Part shown: one piece after another, positions 14,235 to 30,830 of the stretch
How the letters are laid out: each line of letters begins with the position of its first letter
Numbering within the stretch: position 1 is the first letter of the stretch
DNA from: Eledone cirrhosa
Taxonomy: Eukaryota
Assembly (NCBI GenBank): GCA_964016885.1
Contig: OZ024749.1
Coordinates: 40,176,001-40,240,000, forward strand
Reading direction: 5' to 3'
Length of the DNA: 64,000 nt
Notes under the pieces: generated by a model
Database searches by the model: none
Told to the model about the DNA's origin: nothing
What the model saw: the letters and a program-made list of their open reading frames with translations, nothing else
Made by a program: the position numbers and the translations under genes

Positions 14235-14489
14235 ACAACAATAACGACAACAAACACATGGTACAATAATTGTTATATAAACAATATTGATTGTTTTATA
14301 ATTAATACTGTTTTAATTAATATTTCCGCCTGGGGTATTTCGTTTATATTTGTATGGAGCAGGAGGAGGGGAGGGGAGGCGTGTGTGGTTCATATATGGA
14401 GGGTTGGTGGGGGTTACAGGAGTTACTAACGTAGTGTGTGTTGTGTATGGATTACATATGGAGAGATATCGGTGGCTGGCTATTATTAG

Positions 14490-14811
14490 AACATGCTTAA
14501 CGGCTTAGAGTTATGGCCCTTTGCGTTCTGAGTTCAAATCCCGCCGAGGTTAGCTTTGCCTTTCATCCTTGCGGGGTCGATAAAATCAAGTACCAGTAAT
14601 GCACTGGGGTCGATTCAATAGACTTTCCCTTTCTCCCCAATTAGCTGGCTTTGTGCCAAAAGTAGAAACAATTATTAGAGTATTAGATTGGCAGTATCGG
14701 TAGAGGGTCGGACGTCATGCTTGGCAACATAGAATTACGGCCCTTTACGGTCTGAGTTCAAATCTCGCCACGGTTAGCTTTGCCTTTCATCCTTACGGGT
14801 TCGATAAAATG
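14490..14811 (+). mobile_element. Two SINE A copies (tRNA head plus conserved central domain)
   Basis: A-box-like TGGCAGTATCGG, B box GAGTTCAAATC, central gcctttcatcctt.cggggtcgataaaa. Confidence 0.85.
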
Positions 14812-15341
14812 CCAGTAATGCACTGAGATAATTGCTGGCCTTGTGCTAAAATCAGAAACCATTATTATAAAATAAAGTACCAGTAATGCACTGAGATAAT
14901 TGCTGGCCTTGTGCCAAAATCAGAAACCATTATTATAAAATAAAGTACCAGTAATGCACTGAGATAATTGCTGGCCTTGTGCTAAAATCAGAAACCATTA
15001 TTATAAAATAAAGTACCAGTAATGCACTGAGATAATTGCTGGCCTTGTGCCAAAATCAGAAACCATTATTATAAAATAAAGTACCAGTAATGCACTGAGA
15101 TAATTGCTGGCCTTGTGCCAAAATCAGAAACCATTATTATAAAATAAAGTACCAGTAATGCACTGAGATAATTGCTGGCCTTGTGCCAAAATCAGAAACC
15201 ATTATTATAAAATAAAGTACCAGTAATGCACTGAGATAATTGCTGGCCTTGTGCTAAAATCAGAAACCATTATTATAAAATAAAGTACCAGTAATGCACT
15301 GAGATAATTGCTGGCCTTGTGCTAAAAGTAGAAACAATTAT
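14812..15341 (+). repeat. 68-bp tandem array (~8 units) derived from the SINE A 3' tail
   Basis: ataaagtaccagtaatgcactgagataattgctggccttgtg... at 14872, 14940, 15008, 15076, 15144, 15212, 15280. Confidence 0.92.
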
Positions 15342-16088
15342 CAAAGTTACTGGAGAGCGGTGGTGCCGGACAAAAATTGTTATGGTGCCGGACAAAAGAC
15401 TTTACCGACGTCAACTTTATCTTTCATCCTTCTGAGGTCTCTAAAATAAAGTACCAGTCAAGTACTGAGATCGATGTAAACAACTTTCCCTTTCCTACAA
15501 ATTCCTTGCCTTGTGTCAATGTTAGAAAGAATTATTAAGGTTTCTGAAGGGCAAAGGCCTTGTTTCAGGGCGGTACCAGGGGACTTTTTCAAACGTCAAT
15601 ATTTTATTTTTTGTTTATTTGATATAATAAATTCTTTTTAAGCTTATTTTTCTTTATCTGAACTTCATTTGAATATATAAAATTTAATTAGCGTAAAATT
15701 TTACTTATATGATAGGGTCCGGGAAAGGGACCTTAAACAATTTATGCTCCTTTAAGAATCAACAAATGTTGGTTTGTCCCCTCACATTTTTAAGGCAAAC
15801 GAGGCCCTTGCTGAAGGGGGTATATGTTAGGTGTGGTTTACTTATTGGGGTTATTAGGGGTTATTAATGGGGTTACTAGGGGAGTGAATGCTATGTGGGA
15901 TTACGTAATAAGGGTTTGTGGAGGGGGGGGGGTTATTGAAAAATTAATGGTGGAAGTGAAAGGAGATGAAGTGGTAAAAATAAAAGATTTTATTTATAAC
16001 AACGATAACAACATACAGTAATGATTAGGAATGTGTTTGGTGTATTGGAAGGGAAAAGAATGGAAAGAACGACAGTTTGAAGTAAGGA

Positions 16089-16172
<84 letters not shown>

Positions 16173-16876
16173 ACGAGAGATGGAGAGGACGGAGGAAGGG
16201 GAGAAGGAGAAGGAGGAAAAGAAGAGAGAGATGGAGAGGACCGAGGAAGGGGAGGAGAAGGAGGAGGAAAAGAAGAGAGAGATGAGGAGAAGGAGGGGGA
16301 TGTGAGAGGAAAAGAGAGGAGAAAAGAATTTATGAAGAAAAAAGCGACACTAATTAGAAACAGTTGCTAATTAGTTGACACTTAAATGATTTAGTAGTAA
16401 TTTACTAATTAGATTAAATTTAAGTGTCATGTTTGTAGTGCACCTTGTATGTTGATGTTGTGACAATCATCTGTCTCTTGTGTACATCACCACACTACAC
16501 AGTGCATGTCAAGTGCATGTCAAGTGCAGAAGAAACACCTGTTCGATTGTCGTTGTTGTTGCTGTTGTTATTATTGTTGTCTTTGTTGTTGTTGCTGTTA
16601 TGGCTGTTGTTGTTATCATTGTTGGTGTAGTTATTATTGTTGCTGCTGTGGTTGTTGTGGTTGTTGTTGTTGTTATGCTTGCTGTTTTTGTTGTCGTTCT
16701 TACTGTGGTTGTTGTTGATTGAGGTGGTGGTGGTGGTGGTGGTATTTGTTGATCTTCCTTTCCATATATTTATAAGTGTATAGTTAACATATATATATGT
16801 GTGTGTGTGTGTGTCTCTCTCTCTCTCTCCCTCCCTCTCTCTCTCTTAATCGCCATATCGCCATATATTATATGGA

Positions 16877-16934
<58 letters not shown>

Positions 16935-17021
16935 GGAGGTGAGTTTTATTGTAGTACGATATGTTGATTTAAAACTGAACTATCCACAAGTGTTCTTTAG
17001 CCTTCATATCATGTTCTCCTG

Positions 17022-17088
17022 TTTTATCTGATGAAAACACAAATATTATTGCATGATGATGTTTGTTTTTGAAATGCGCATAATAAAA
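17022..17088 (+). ncRNA. Type I minimal hammerhead ribozyme
   Basis: ttttat CTGATGA(17028) aaacacaaatat...atgtttgttttt GAAA(17071) TGCGCATA ataaaa; palindromic stem III AUGCGCAU; element 16932-17120 lies between (TA)n. Confidence 0.8.
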
Positions 17089-17118
17089 TACATGGAACTC
17101 CTTTAACCATCTTTTGAT

Positions 17119-17204
<86 letters not shown>

Positions 17205-17254
17205 AAGAAAAAGCAAAGGAAAAAAGAGTGCTCTATGTATAATACAGAGCTATG

Positions 17255-17841
<587 letters not shown>

Positions 17842-18427
17842 ATATATATAAACATATATAGATGTACATATATGTTTATATATGTGTGGGTGTGTGTGTA
17901 TGTATTGTGGTGAATAAGTATGTATCTATCTATGTATGTACGTAAGTACTTAAGTACGTGTGTGTGTATGTATACGTATGCATGTAACACTATCTGTCCC
18001 ACAATTTATAATAGACAAAGGCAAGACTTGTTGCACACAGACGTTCATCAAGGAAAGTCATTGAGATACCACAGCAGCAACAACAATAGCAATAACCACT
18101 AATAGTACACCAGCAGCAGTAGTAGTCGTACAAGTAGTAGCATAAACCAAATATGCCGTCAGCCACCCACGGCCGGAAGTTAAAACATATGAGACATCCG
18201 GTCATAGTTATGGAATTTCTGCAACACTGCAAATGACACAGTGATTTTTATGTGCAGTTTGAAACACTTGGGAGACTACGCAAACAAGAATACACTCACA
18301 CACACACACAGAGGAATACACACACACACACACACAGTCACACACACACATACATACAAGGAGAGAGGGGAATGCCAGACATACGTAACTACACACATAT
18401 TTAGTATGTATGTATATATATGTGTGT

Positions 18428-18489
<62 letters not shown>

Positions 18490-18517
18490 GTGTATACGTG
18501 TGTGGTTGTAGGTGTGA

Positions 18518-18571
<54 letters not shown>

Positions 18572-18629
18572 GTGTACAATACATATATATATATATGTGT
18601 GTGTGTATATATACATATGTGTGTGCGTG

Positions 18630-18664
<35 letters not shown>

Positions 18665-19550
18665 TTGTGTAGATGCATATATAGTTCAAGATTATAAAAG
18701 ACAAAACACAGATACAATTACACAATATCTTATGTTTCGCGCTATATATATATACATACATATATATATATATATATGTATATGTATGTATGTATGTATG
18801 TACGTATGTATGTGTCTATGTATGTATGTACGTATGTATGTATGTACGTATGTATGTGTCTATGTATGTATGTATGTACGTATGTATGTGTGTATGTATG
18901 TATGTACGTACGTACGTATGTATGTATGTAGGTATGTATGTACGTATGTACGTATGTATGTACGTACGTACGTATGTACGCATGTATGTACGTATGTATG
19001 TATGTACGTACGTATGTATGTATGTACGTACGTATGTATGTACGTATGTATGTACGTATGTACGTATCTATGTGTGTATGTATGTACGTACGTACGTATG
19101 TATGTATGTGTGTGTGTGTATGTATAGTCAGCTGGTTATTTTTGCAAATATTTCTACTTACAAAAGAACATTACAGAGAACTCAATACTTGTGTGGGGAG
19201 AGGGAGATTGAATTTATAATATTTATATAAGTTTAGTTCCCTTATCATCTCATTCTATTTCATTACCCGATGACAAACATCGGATGATGGTGGATGGAAG
19301 ATTAGTATTAAGAAGAACTCTAGTACGTTCTGACGAAACAGCAAAAATGGAACGAATTATGGTCGACTTCCGGTGAGTTTCATGTAGAGTATCAGTTGGT
19401 GTTACTTCCGGTGAGTTAATGATCTATATCTGATGACTTAATCCATAAATCCGTTTTGAGAGTTTTTTTGTTTTAATTGTGAAGATAAAATTTGATTTTA
19501 TGACAGCACATTATTAATTGGGTGTATATATATATATATGTATATATACA

Positions 19551-19612
<62 letters not shown>

Positions 19613-19629
19613 TTATATATATATATGTG

Positions 19630-19714
<85 letters not shown>

Positions 19715-19903
19715 AGCTCCAGCAACAGGTATCTTCCGTTGCCTGAAAACTAGCTACCATACATAGTAATTGTGTGGCCTAGTGGTTAAGGTGTTGTTCT
19801 TCCGGTCATAATATCGTGTGTTCGATTCCTGGACCAAACGCTGCTCTTCATGATAGAACTTGTGACCCTCATATTAAAACCTACTGTAAGGTCTAACCTC
19901 ATA

Positions 19904-20379
19904 TGAGGCCAGCTAACTCTACAGTTAGTGTATGTTGTAATAACATGATATGACTGAGGCCTATATGATTAAAACACCCGAGAAACCTCCTATGAAATAC
20001 AACCACATAAGAGGCCAGCTACATCTACACTCGATGTGTTCCTTAACAACATGAAGGGAATAGGGCTTCTAACATTAAAACACCTGAGAAACCTACAAGT
20101 TACAATCACATAGGAGGCCAGGTGAACCTGCAGAGGCCAGCTACATCTACACTCGATGTGTTCCTTAACAACATGAAGGGAATAGGGCTTCTAACATTAA
20201 AACACCTGAGAAACCTACAAGTTACAATCACATAGGAGGCCAGGTGAACCTGCAGAGGCCAGCTACATCTACACTCGATGTGTTCCTTAACAACATGAAG
20301 GGAATAGGGCTTCTAACATTAAAACGCCTGAGAAACCTACAAGTTACAATCACATAGGAGGCCAGGTGAACCTGCAGAG
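19904..20379. repeat. 122-bp tandem repeat (3 near-identical units plus 1 degenerate)
   Basis: gaggccagctacatctacactcg at 20011, 20133, 20255. Confidence 0.9.
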
Positions 20380-20579
20380 GTGAAAGCAGTAAATTTCAGT
20401 TTTTAATCCTTATTTCAATTACTTTCGTGTTAGTTGGTTTGCGAAGACTTTCTAACATGGAAAACCAACTAAAATCTCCTATAGAAGAGAGTGATACGAA
20501 TATAAACAAACATCTACCACCATCACTACTATCACATTCCTCTCATATTCCTCAGTATCTCTATATACCTGAGATTATT

Positions 20580-20760
20580 GAATTGGCAGTTTCGGTAGAG
20601 GGTCGGACATGCTTTCCAGCATAGTTACGTCCCTTTACGACCTGAGTTCAAATCCCGCCGAGGTTAACTTTGCCTTTCATCCATACGCGGGTCGATAAAA
20701 TAAAGTACCAGTAATGTACTGGGTAATTGCTGGCCTTGTGCCAAAAGTAGAAATAATTAT
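20580..20760 (+). mobile_element. SINE A copy
   Basis: ttggcagtttcggtagagggtcggac...gagttcaaatcccgccgagg...tail ending agaaataattatt. Confidence 0.85.
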
Positions 20761-21039
20761 TGTAGTATATATACAGCTTAAACACTATTTTTTTAAAACT
20801 GTAATTCCAAACTAATTTTTTTTTTCCATTTGCATCAATTATATAACAAACGATTGTGAGGAGACAGAATAACAATAATTTACATGGCAACATTTATTGA
20901 TGATATCGTTGGAGATCATATAAAAAATATGATAACAGATACTGTATAATCAATAGCTGCTTGCATACTGCTGCTATCACTTTAAAGTAACGCTCAAGAA
21001 ATACCTGCAGTGCATCTGGTAAGGAAATATCTCAACGTA

Positions 21040-21790
21040 AGTAACCCAGCTGGATAATAAAATCTAAAGCAAACATCAACAATTTGCGCTGCAGAATCCG
21101 ACATTTAGATACCATCACGTGGTGCAAGGTGAATAATAAGTTCCCAGTACATATTTAAAATAAATACTAACTAAAACGTACGGAGATTCTCAACTCGAAA
21201 CTCTTGAGGGGAAATTAACAACTTAAAAACAAAAACATGAACTCGGGATGTTGCGTGAAAAAACATCCTTATCGGAAGAAAAACAACTTCATCGAAAGAA
21301 GCGAGAGAGAGGGGAGGTGTTGGATAACTTAAGTTAAATAAAACTGAGATATTTGAAGCAAGAAAACACCGTAGATACCTTGCGACAGTTTGGATGATTT
21401 AACAGAAAATATTTAAAGATGGATTTACTAATTCAAATGATTATAGCATTTTTACTAATGGACAAATCACTATAAACATTTTCAGTATTAATATAAATGT
21501 TTTAATGTGATGCAGTCAGGGTGATATGTTATGCTTTTCAAGAATGTCTTGTTAATGCGATTTTATGTGGTACAGAACGTTAAAAGTTAATTACAGAAAC
21601 GCGATAGATTCCATTCTCTACTCTTGTTTGTTGATGACCACTACACTTGGTTAAAGTGACTACTGCCAAAGACGCGGCCATCGAAAGACTCCCAAACCTG
21701 TCCAACAATCCTCACACTTGTAACTGAAAGCAGATCAATTGTCTCCGATAATATAAATATTTCAAAAGGAATATTCTAAGGGGACAAGAT
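21040..21790 (+). pseudogene. Highly decayed R4/Dong-like reverse transcriptase fossil
   Basis: 21589: NYRNAIDSILYSCL resembles DYRKAFDSVPHSW; ~21755: INISKGIF*GD resembles I.I.RGIFQGD; many stops and deletions. Confidence 0.5.
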
Positions 21791-21856
21791 GTGCAGTAAT
21801 CCTTGATTAAACCCTAGCTGAACTCAGATTATTGGAGAAAGAACGTGATTCTTTAA

Positions 21857-21985
21857 CTCATTTGCTACAGATGATCACCAGATCTGGAACGTCATTCCAT
21901 AACTCATACGCTACAGATAATCACCAGATCTCGAACGTCATACCATAACTCATATGATACAGCTGGTTACCAGATCTGGGACATT
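21857..21985. repeat. ~45-bp tandem repeat x3
   Basis: actcat..gctacagat.atcaccagatct.gaacgtcat.ccata. Confidence 0.75.
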
Positions 21986-22276
21986 AAAAATATGAAAGAC
22001 CTCGTGAAAATTTCAAAAAGGAATGATTGCAAAAAAGAACAAGAAGAAATCAAGATCGGTTTGTTTTTCTTTAGAATCTCAGCACCGAGCAGGTGGCTGG
22101 TCAAAATAAACTATAAAGCTCGGAAACGGAAGAGAAAATATACATACATTCCTACAGAGTTTATGTTGTATAAATTCCAGTGAAAAAGTCTTGTTTCTGG
22201 CTTGAAGTCCGACACTTTCTAGGAAATCTGAAGAATTAAAACCTTACCCCCTCCCCCCACACACACATATATATAT

Positions 22277-22364
<88 letters not shown>

Positions 22365-22405
22365 ATGTATGCTTATGTATGTAGGGATGTAGGTATGTAT
22401 GTAAG

Positions 22406-22436
<31 letters not shown>

Positions 22437-22659
22437 ATACTTACATACATACCTACATCCCTACATACATACAGACAGACAGATAAAGAGATAAAGACAC
22501 GGTAGACAAAGTGAGAGAGAGAGAGATGAGGGGTGGGAGAGAGAAGAGCGCTGGGCAAACAGGAACTAGTGCAATAGGAGATAGTATATACAATGTTTCA
22601 TTTCTTTCAACATGTCTGCTCTGCCATACACACACACACACACATATATATATGTGTGT

Positions 22660-22694
<35 letters not shown>

Positions 22695-22725
22695 CATACA
22701 CACACATATATATATATATGTGTGT

Positions 22726-22779
<54 letters not shown>

Positions 22780-22868
22780 GTAAATATATATACATACACA
22801 CACATATATATATATATGTGTGTGTGTGTGTGTATGTATATATATATATATATGTGTGTGTGTGTGAA

Positions 22869-22913
<45 letters not shown>

Positions 22914-23031
22914 CACATACACACACATATATGCAAACCTTTACACACATATATACATACGCACACATACACACATTTACACACAGTTACATACAAACAC
23001 ATACACACATATATATAAATACTCGTACACG

Positions 23032-23072
<41 letters not shown>

Positions 23073-23112
23073 ACATTCACGCACATATACATACGCGCGC
23101 ACACACACATTG

Positions 23113-23154
<42 letters not shown>

Positions 23155-23200
23155 AGAAACATTCACACACATATACATACACACACACACATTGACACAC

Positions 23201-23239
<39 letters not shown>

Positions 23240-23524
23240 CATTCACACACATATACATACACACACACACATACACACATATCCATACCGATACATATAT
23301 AAATACATATACACACATACATACGCAAACACACACGCACACATATACATATACAATCATTCTTATACATACATATCTACATGGATGCATACACATATAC
23401 ACTCAGTCCTGAAGGTCATCATCGTAATTCAAAATGGCGTGTTGGCAACATGTACATATGTGCATATAGTACTGCATGTGTGTGCGTTCATGTGTATATG
23501 GGTACACACATATATACGTGTGTG

Positions 23525-23560
<36 letters not shown>

Positions 23561-23563
<3 letters not shown>

Positions 23564-26469
23564 TGGAATAAATGCTCTGAAATAGCGATATATATGTGAA
23601 TATAGACATAGAATATTCGAAAATATTCTGTATGTTTATAATAAACATTTTGAAGACCTAATCGCTATAGAATAGAATACGTCACGTATTACAATTAGAT
23701 TCTCGATAAAAGCAAGGGAAGTAAATCTACGCGTTTCATTCTTATTAGAAATCGTCAGGACTACATATCCAGTGCTTTTATCGAGAATGACACAGCTAGA
23801 GACTTATAGAATACTTAGCTGTGTACAGGAACTGGTTTGAAAGAGCGGTTGCCGGTCCGGCAGAAATTAGAAATTGGAATAAATGCTCTGAAATAGCGAT
23901 ATATATGTGAATATAGACATAGAATATTCGAAAATATTCTGTATGTTTATAATAAACATTTTGAAGACCTAATCGCTATAGAATAGAATACGTCACGTAT
24001 TACAATTAGATTCTCGATAAAAGCAAGGGAAGTAAATCTACGCGTTTCATTCTTATTAGAAATCGTCAGGACTACATATCCAGTGCTTTTATCGAGAATG
24101 ACACAGCTAGAGACTTATAGAATACTTAGCTGTGTACAGGAACTGGTTTGAAAGAGCGGTTGCCGGTCCGGCAGAAATTAGAAATTGGAATAAATGCTCT
24201 GAATATTTTCGAATATGCTCTGAATATATTCTATAGCGATTAGGTCTTCAAAATGTTTATTATAAACATACAGAATATTTTCGAATATTCTATGTCTATA
24301 TTCACATATATATCGCTATTTCAGAGCATTTATTCCAATTTCTAATTTCTGCCGGACCGGCAACCGCTCTTTCAAACCAGTTCCTGTACACAGCTAAGTA
24401 TTCTATAAGTCTCTAGCTGTGTCATTCTCGATAAAAGCACTGGATATGTAGTCCTGACGATTTCTAATAAGAATGAAACGCGTAGATTTACTTCCCTTGC
24501 TTTTATCGAGAATCTAATTGTAATACGTGACGTATTCTATTCTATAGCGATTAGGTCTTCAAAATGTTTATTATAAACATACAGAATATTTTCGAATATT
24601 CTATGTCTATATTCACATATATATCGCTATTTCAGAGCATTTATTCCAATTTCTAATTTCTGCCGGACCGGCAACCGCTCTTTCAAACCAGTTCCTGTAC
24701 ACAGCTAAGTATTCTATAAGTCTCTAGCTGTGTCATTCTCGATAAAAGCACTGGATATGTAGTCCTGACGATTTCTAATAAGAATGAAACGCGTAGATTT
24801 ACTTCCCTTGCTTTTATCGAGAATCTAATTGTAATACGTGACGTATTCTATTCTATAGCGATTAGGTCTTCAAAATGTTTATTATAAACATACAGAATAT
24901 TTTCGAATATTCTATGTCTATATTCACATATATATCGCTATTTCAGAGCATTTATTCCAATTTCTAATTTCTGCCGGACCGGCAACCGCTCTTTCAAACC
25001 AGTTCCTGTACACAGCTAAGTATTCTATAAGTCTCTAGCTGTGTCATTCTCGATAAAAGCACTGGATATGTAGTCCTGACGATTTCTAATAAGAATGAAA
25101 CGCGTAGATTTACTTCCCTTGCTTTTATCGAGAATCTAATTGTAATACGTGACGTATTCTATTCTATAGCGATTAGGTCTTCAAAATGTTTATTATAAAC
25201 ATACAGAATATTTTCGAATATTCTATGTCTATATTCACATATATATCGCTATTTCAGAGCATTTATTCCAATTTCTAATTTCTGCCGGACCGGCAACCGC
25301 TCTTTCAAACCAGTTCCTGTACACAGCTAAGTATTCTATAAGTCTCTAGCTGTGTCATTCTCGATAAAAGCACTGGATATGTAGTCCTGACGATTTCTAA
25401 TAAGAATGAAACGCGTAGATTTACTTCCCTTGCTTTTATCGAGAATCTAATTGTAATACGTGACGTATTCTATTCTATAGCGATTAGGTCTTCAAAATGT
25501 TTATTATAAACATACAGAATATTTTCGAATATTCTATGTCTATATTCACATATATATCGCTATTTCAGAGCATTTATTCCAATTTCTAATTTCTGCCGGA
25601 CCGGCAACCGCTCTTTCAAACCAGTTCCTGTACACAGCTAAGTATTCTATAAGTCTCTAGCTGTGTCATTCTCGATAAAAGCACTGGATATGTAGTCCTG
25701 ACGATTTCTAATAAGAATGAAACGCGTAGATTTACTTCCCTTGCTTTTATCGAGAATCTAATTGTAATACGTGACGTATTCTATTCTATAGCGATTAGGT
25801 CTTCAAAATGTTTATTATAAACATACAGAATATTTTCGAATATTCTATGTCTATATTCACATATATATCGCTATTTCAGAGCATTTATTCCAATTTCTAA
25901 TTTCTGCCGGACCGGCAACCGCTCTTTCAAACCAGTTCCTGTACACAGCTAAGTATTCTATAAGTCTCTAGCTGTGTCATTCTCGATAAAAGCACTGGAT
26001 ATGTAGTCCTGACGATTTCTAATAAGAATGAAACGCGTAGATTTACTTCCCTTGCTTTTATCGAGAATCTAATTGTAATACGTGACGTATTCTATTCTAT
26101 AGCGATTAGGTCTTCAAAATGTTTATTATAAACATACAGAATATTTTCGAATATTCTATGTCTATATTCACATATATATCGCTATTTCAGAGCATTTATT
26201 CCAATTTCTAATTTCTGCCGGACCGGCAACCGCTCTTTCAAACCAGTTCCTGTACACAGCTAAGTATTCTATAAGTCTCTAGCTGTGTCATTCTCGATAA
26301 AAGCACTGGATATGTAGTCCTGACGATTTCTAATAAGAATGAAACGCGTAGATTTACTTCCCTTGCTTTTATCGAGAATCTAATTGTAATACGTGACGTA
26401 TTCTATTCTATAGCGATTAGGTCTTCAAAATGTTTATTATAAACATACAGAATATTTTCGAATATTCTA

Positions 26470-26476
<7 letters not shown>
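23561..26476. mobile_element. 311-bp tandem array of HHR-bearing units (retrozyme / Penelope pLTR-like): ~2 units on minus then ~7.2 on plus
   Basis: Exact 311-bp period; CTGACGA at 24454, 24765, 25076, 25387, 25698, 26009, 26320 (+) and 23752-23758, 24063-24069 (-); inversion junction ~24200-24235; (TA)n on both flanks. Confidence 0.93.
24424..24513 (+). ncRNA. Type I hammerhead ribozyme (representative of the 9 array copies)
   Basis: gtagtc CTGACGA t-ttct-aata-agaa-t GAAACGCGTA gatttac; palindromic stem III ACGCGU, GUA site at 24484; stem I extended by a perfect 16-bp helix attctcgataaaagca/tgcttttatcgagaat. Confidence 0.88.
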
Positions 26477-26513
<37 letters not shown>

Positions 26514-26555
26514 AAATATTTATAAATGGAAACTATATTTATAAAACCATATTTA

Positions 26556-26617
26556 TTTCATTATACATATTTCAAGGGCCACCAAGGCAAACTATGGTGC
26601 GCTTTCATCAGATAAAA
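26556..26617 (-). ncRNA. Type I minimal hammerhead ribozyme
   Basis: Reverse complement: ttttat CTGATGA aagcgcacca...tggtggccctt GAAA TATGTATA atgaaa. Confidence 0.78.
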
Positions 26618-26680
26618 TATATTTTGCTTGTTGTATCCCAACAAATTAAATATAACCTCTACATATATATATATATATAT

Positions 26681-26784
<104 letters not shown>

Positions 26785-26913
26785 ATAAGGATTAAAATAC
26801 TGGAGCGTGTTGGAGTTAAACACCCTCTTCGTATTATAGAAATGTGTGTACACTCCATATTCTTCTAAGTTTTCGGCTTGTATTGGCCGATAGTACTTCT
26901 TGTGGTTTTGATT

Positions 26914-26951
26914 GCCCTGATGAGTCCTTAATAGGACGAAACATTGTTGGC
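26914..26951 (+). ncRNA. Canonical minimal hammerhead ribozyme
   Basis: gcc CTGATGA GTCC-ttaata-GGAC GAAACA-t-TGTT ggc; canonical G10.1-C11.1; followed by AATAAA; element 26788-26998 lies between TA tracts. Confidence 0.88.
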
Positions 26952-27167
26952 TAATAAAGACTTTTGATGTATTGAAGGCTTCTCTGTTTTATTTTCATAA
27001 TATATAAATATATATAAAGTTGTAGTTCCTGTCTGTTTGTTTGTTTGTTCACGAACTCCTCCTATGGTTTTGGAGATAGACCCCCCATAACCATATATAT
27101 TCTGAAACTACATTGCCCAGGGTACTTGGATAAGTATATTTCATTTTAACCAAAGGGTTCCCCAGGA

Positions 27168-27325
27168 ACACAAGGCCATCAATTACCCAGTACATTACTG
27201 GTACTTTATTTTATCGACCCCGTAAGGATGAAAGGCAAAGTCAACCTCGGCGGGATTTGAACTCAGACCGTAAAGGGACGTAACTCTATGCTTCAAAGCA
27301 TGGCGTCCGACTCTCTAGCGATACA
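27168..27325 (-). mobile_element. SINE A copy
   Basis: Matches family consensus. Confidence 0.8.
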
Positions 27326-27676
27326 ATGTTTTCAAATTTTTCATGCATTACATTTTACATTGAGTAATATTGAAATGCAGAGTTTCATAAATTATATCAC
27401 TTTCTTACAGAAAAAATGTGTGAAACGCAACAAGGCGTGGGTAATTCGGCTAATATATATATATATATATGTGTGTGTGTTTATATATATGTGTGTGTGT
27501 TTATATATATGTGTGTGTGTATGTGTGTGTATCTATATATATGTGTGAACATGTTTATATATATATATGTGTGCTTGTGTGAGTCTGTGTGTGAGTGTGT
27601 ATGTGTGTATGTCTGTATGTATATATGTGTGTGTCTGTGTAAGTGTGTATGTGTGTATGTGTCTATATATGTGTGT

Positions 27677-27733
<57 letters not shown>

Positions 27734-27929
27734 TGTGTGTGTGTGTGATTCTATGTGTGAATGTGTATGTGTGTCTGTATGTATATGTGTCTGTGTATGA
27801 AGCAGAGATTGTTACTGAAATCTGATATAAAAAACCTGGTGTCACGATTTCTAAAGTCATTTGATTGTGATCATCTGCAGAACTACAGAGAAATGCACTC
27901 GTATGCACAGCATATATGTTTATATACAC

Positions 27930-27961
<32 letters not shown>

Positions 27962-28097
27962 GTGTATATGTGTATATATACATATATACTGTGTATATAT
28001 ATATACATATATATACGTGTATATATATATATATATATACATAAATATATGTACATATATATATATGTATGTATGTATGTATATATATATAAATATA

Positions 28098-28177
<80 letters not shown>

Positions 28178-29109
28178 CCGGCTAATCTCCTCTGCCAATT
28201 TTTCGCAGAATCTGTCAGTTACATAATGATTTGTTCTAATCACTAAAAGTATAATTTGAATAATTTTAATTTTAGTTAATTAAAATTTCATGCCTCTCTT
28301 TGCTATACCATCGCTTACGAGAATAGCAGTTACTCTGGCAAATTACACTATCTGACTGGATATAAAGTAGCCGAGTACAACAACAGTGAGTGTAAAAATA
28401 TGTTGTATAAACCTGTGATTAGTTCAAATGCGAAATTTAACATTGCAAAATAATTTCTTTGCTTGATCTTCGTTCATTTTCCAGCGGACACCTAATATCA
28501 AAGAATCTTCAACCGAAATAGTATAAAAGTGAGCTTGTTTTTCTCCATCAGAAGTTAAAACTCTGGTAGCATAATTAAATCAAATCATACGCCACGTTGT
28601 AACAGTCTGAATGCAGAATATTTCCATCTTGATAACCGCCTGTCAAAATTATTAGTATATTGCATTAAGGTGCCCATAAATGACAACTCTTGTACGAAAA
28701 TAGTATATTGAGTTGAGTGATCATACATTTAAAACTAGAATTGACCAACTTAGGCATATGTTTATTAACCCTGAAAGGAAAGTTGTAACTGCTTTGTCGA
28801 AATATGCTTGGCTCTGCGAGAGAAAACCTAGCATATATTAAGCAAGACGATCAGTTTTAAATCGAGCCTTGTGTTGTGGCCATTGAAGTTTCAAATTGAA
28901 GATTTGATGTCAGTTGGGTCGATGTGAAAGGCTGCTCGTTTTGCGCTACATTTCGTACGGTTTCAATTTAAGATCCGATTTATCGCTTTCGTGTAAACAC
29001 ATACTTTGTATCTATATCAAGGGGAAGAAGACATTTTGGATAATATAGTGCAGAGTACACTATGCCAAACCACAACTACAACAGCAACAGCAGCAGAATT
29101 TTAAAACAA

Positions 29110-30830
<1,721 letters not shown>

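Noticed and set aside
19325-19445. CTGACGA and CTGATGA motifs
   Set aside because: No stem II plus GAAA or stem I partner found
23561-26476. CRISPR-like array interpretation (also 14812-15341)
   Set aside because: Units are wholly repeated with no unique spacers; eukaryotic context
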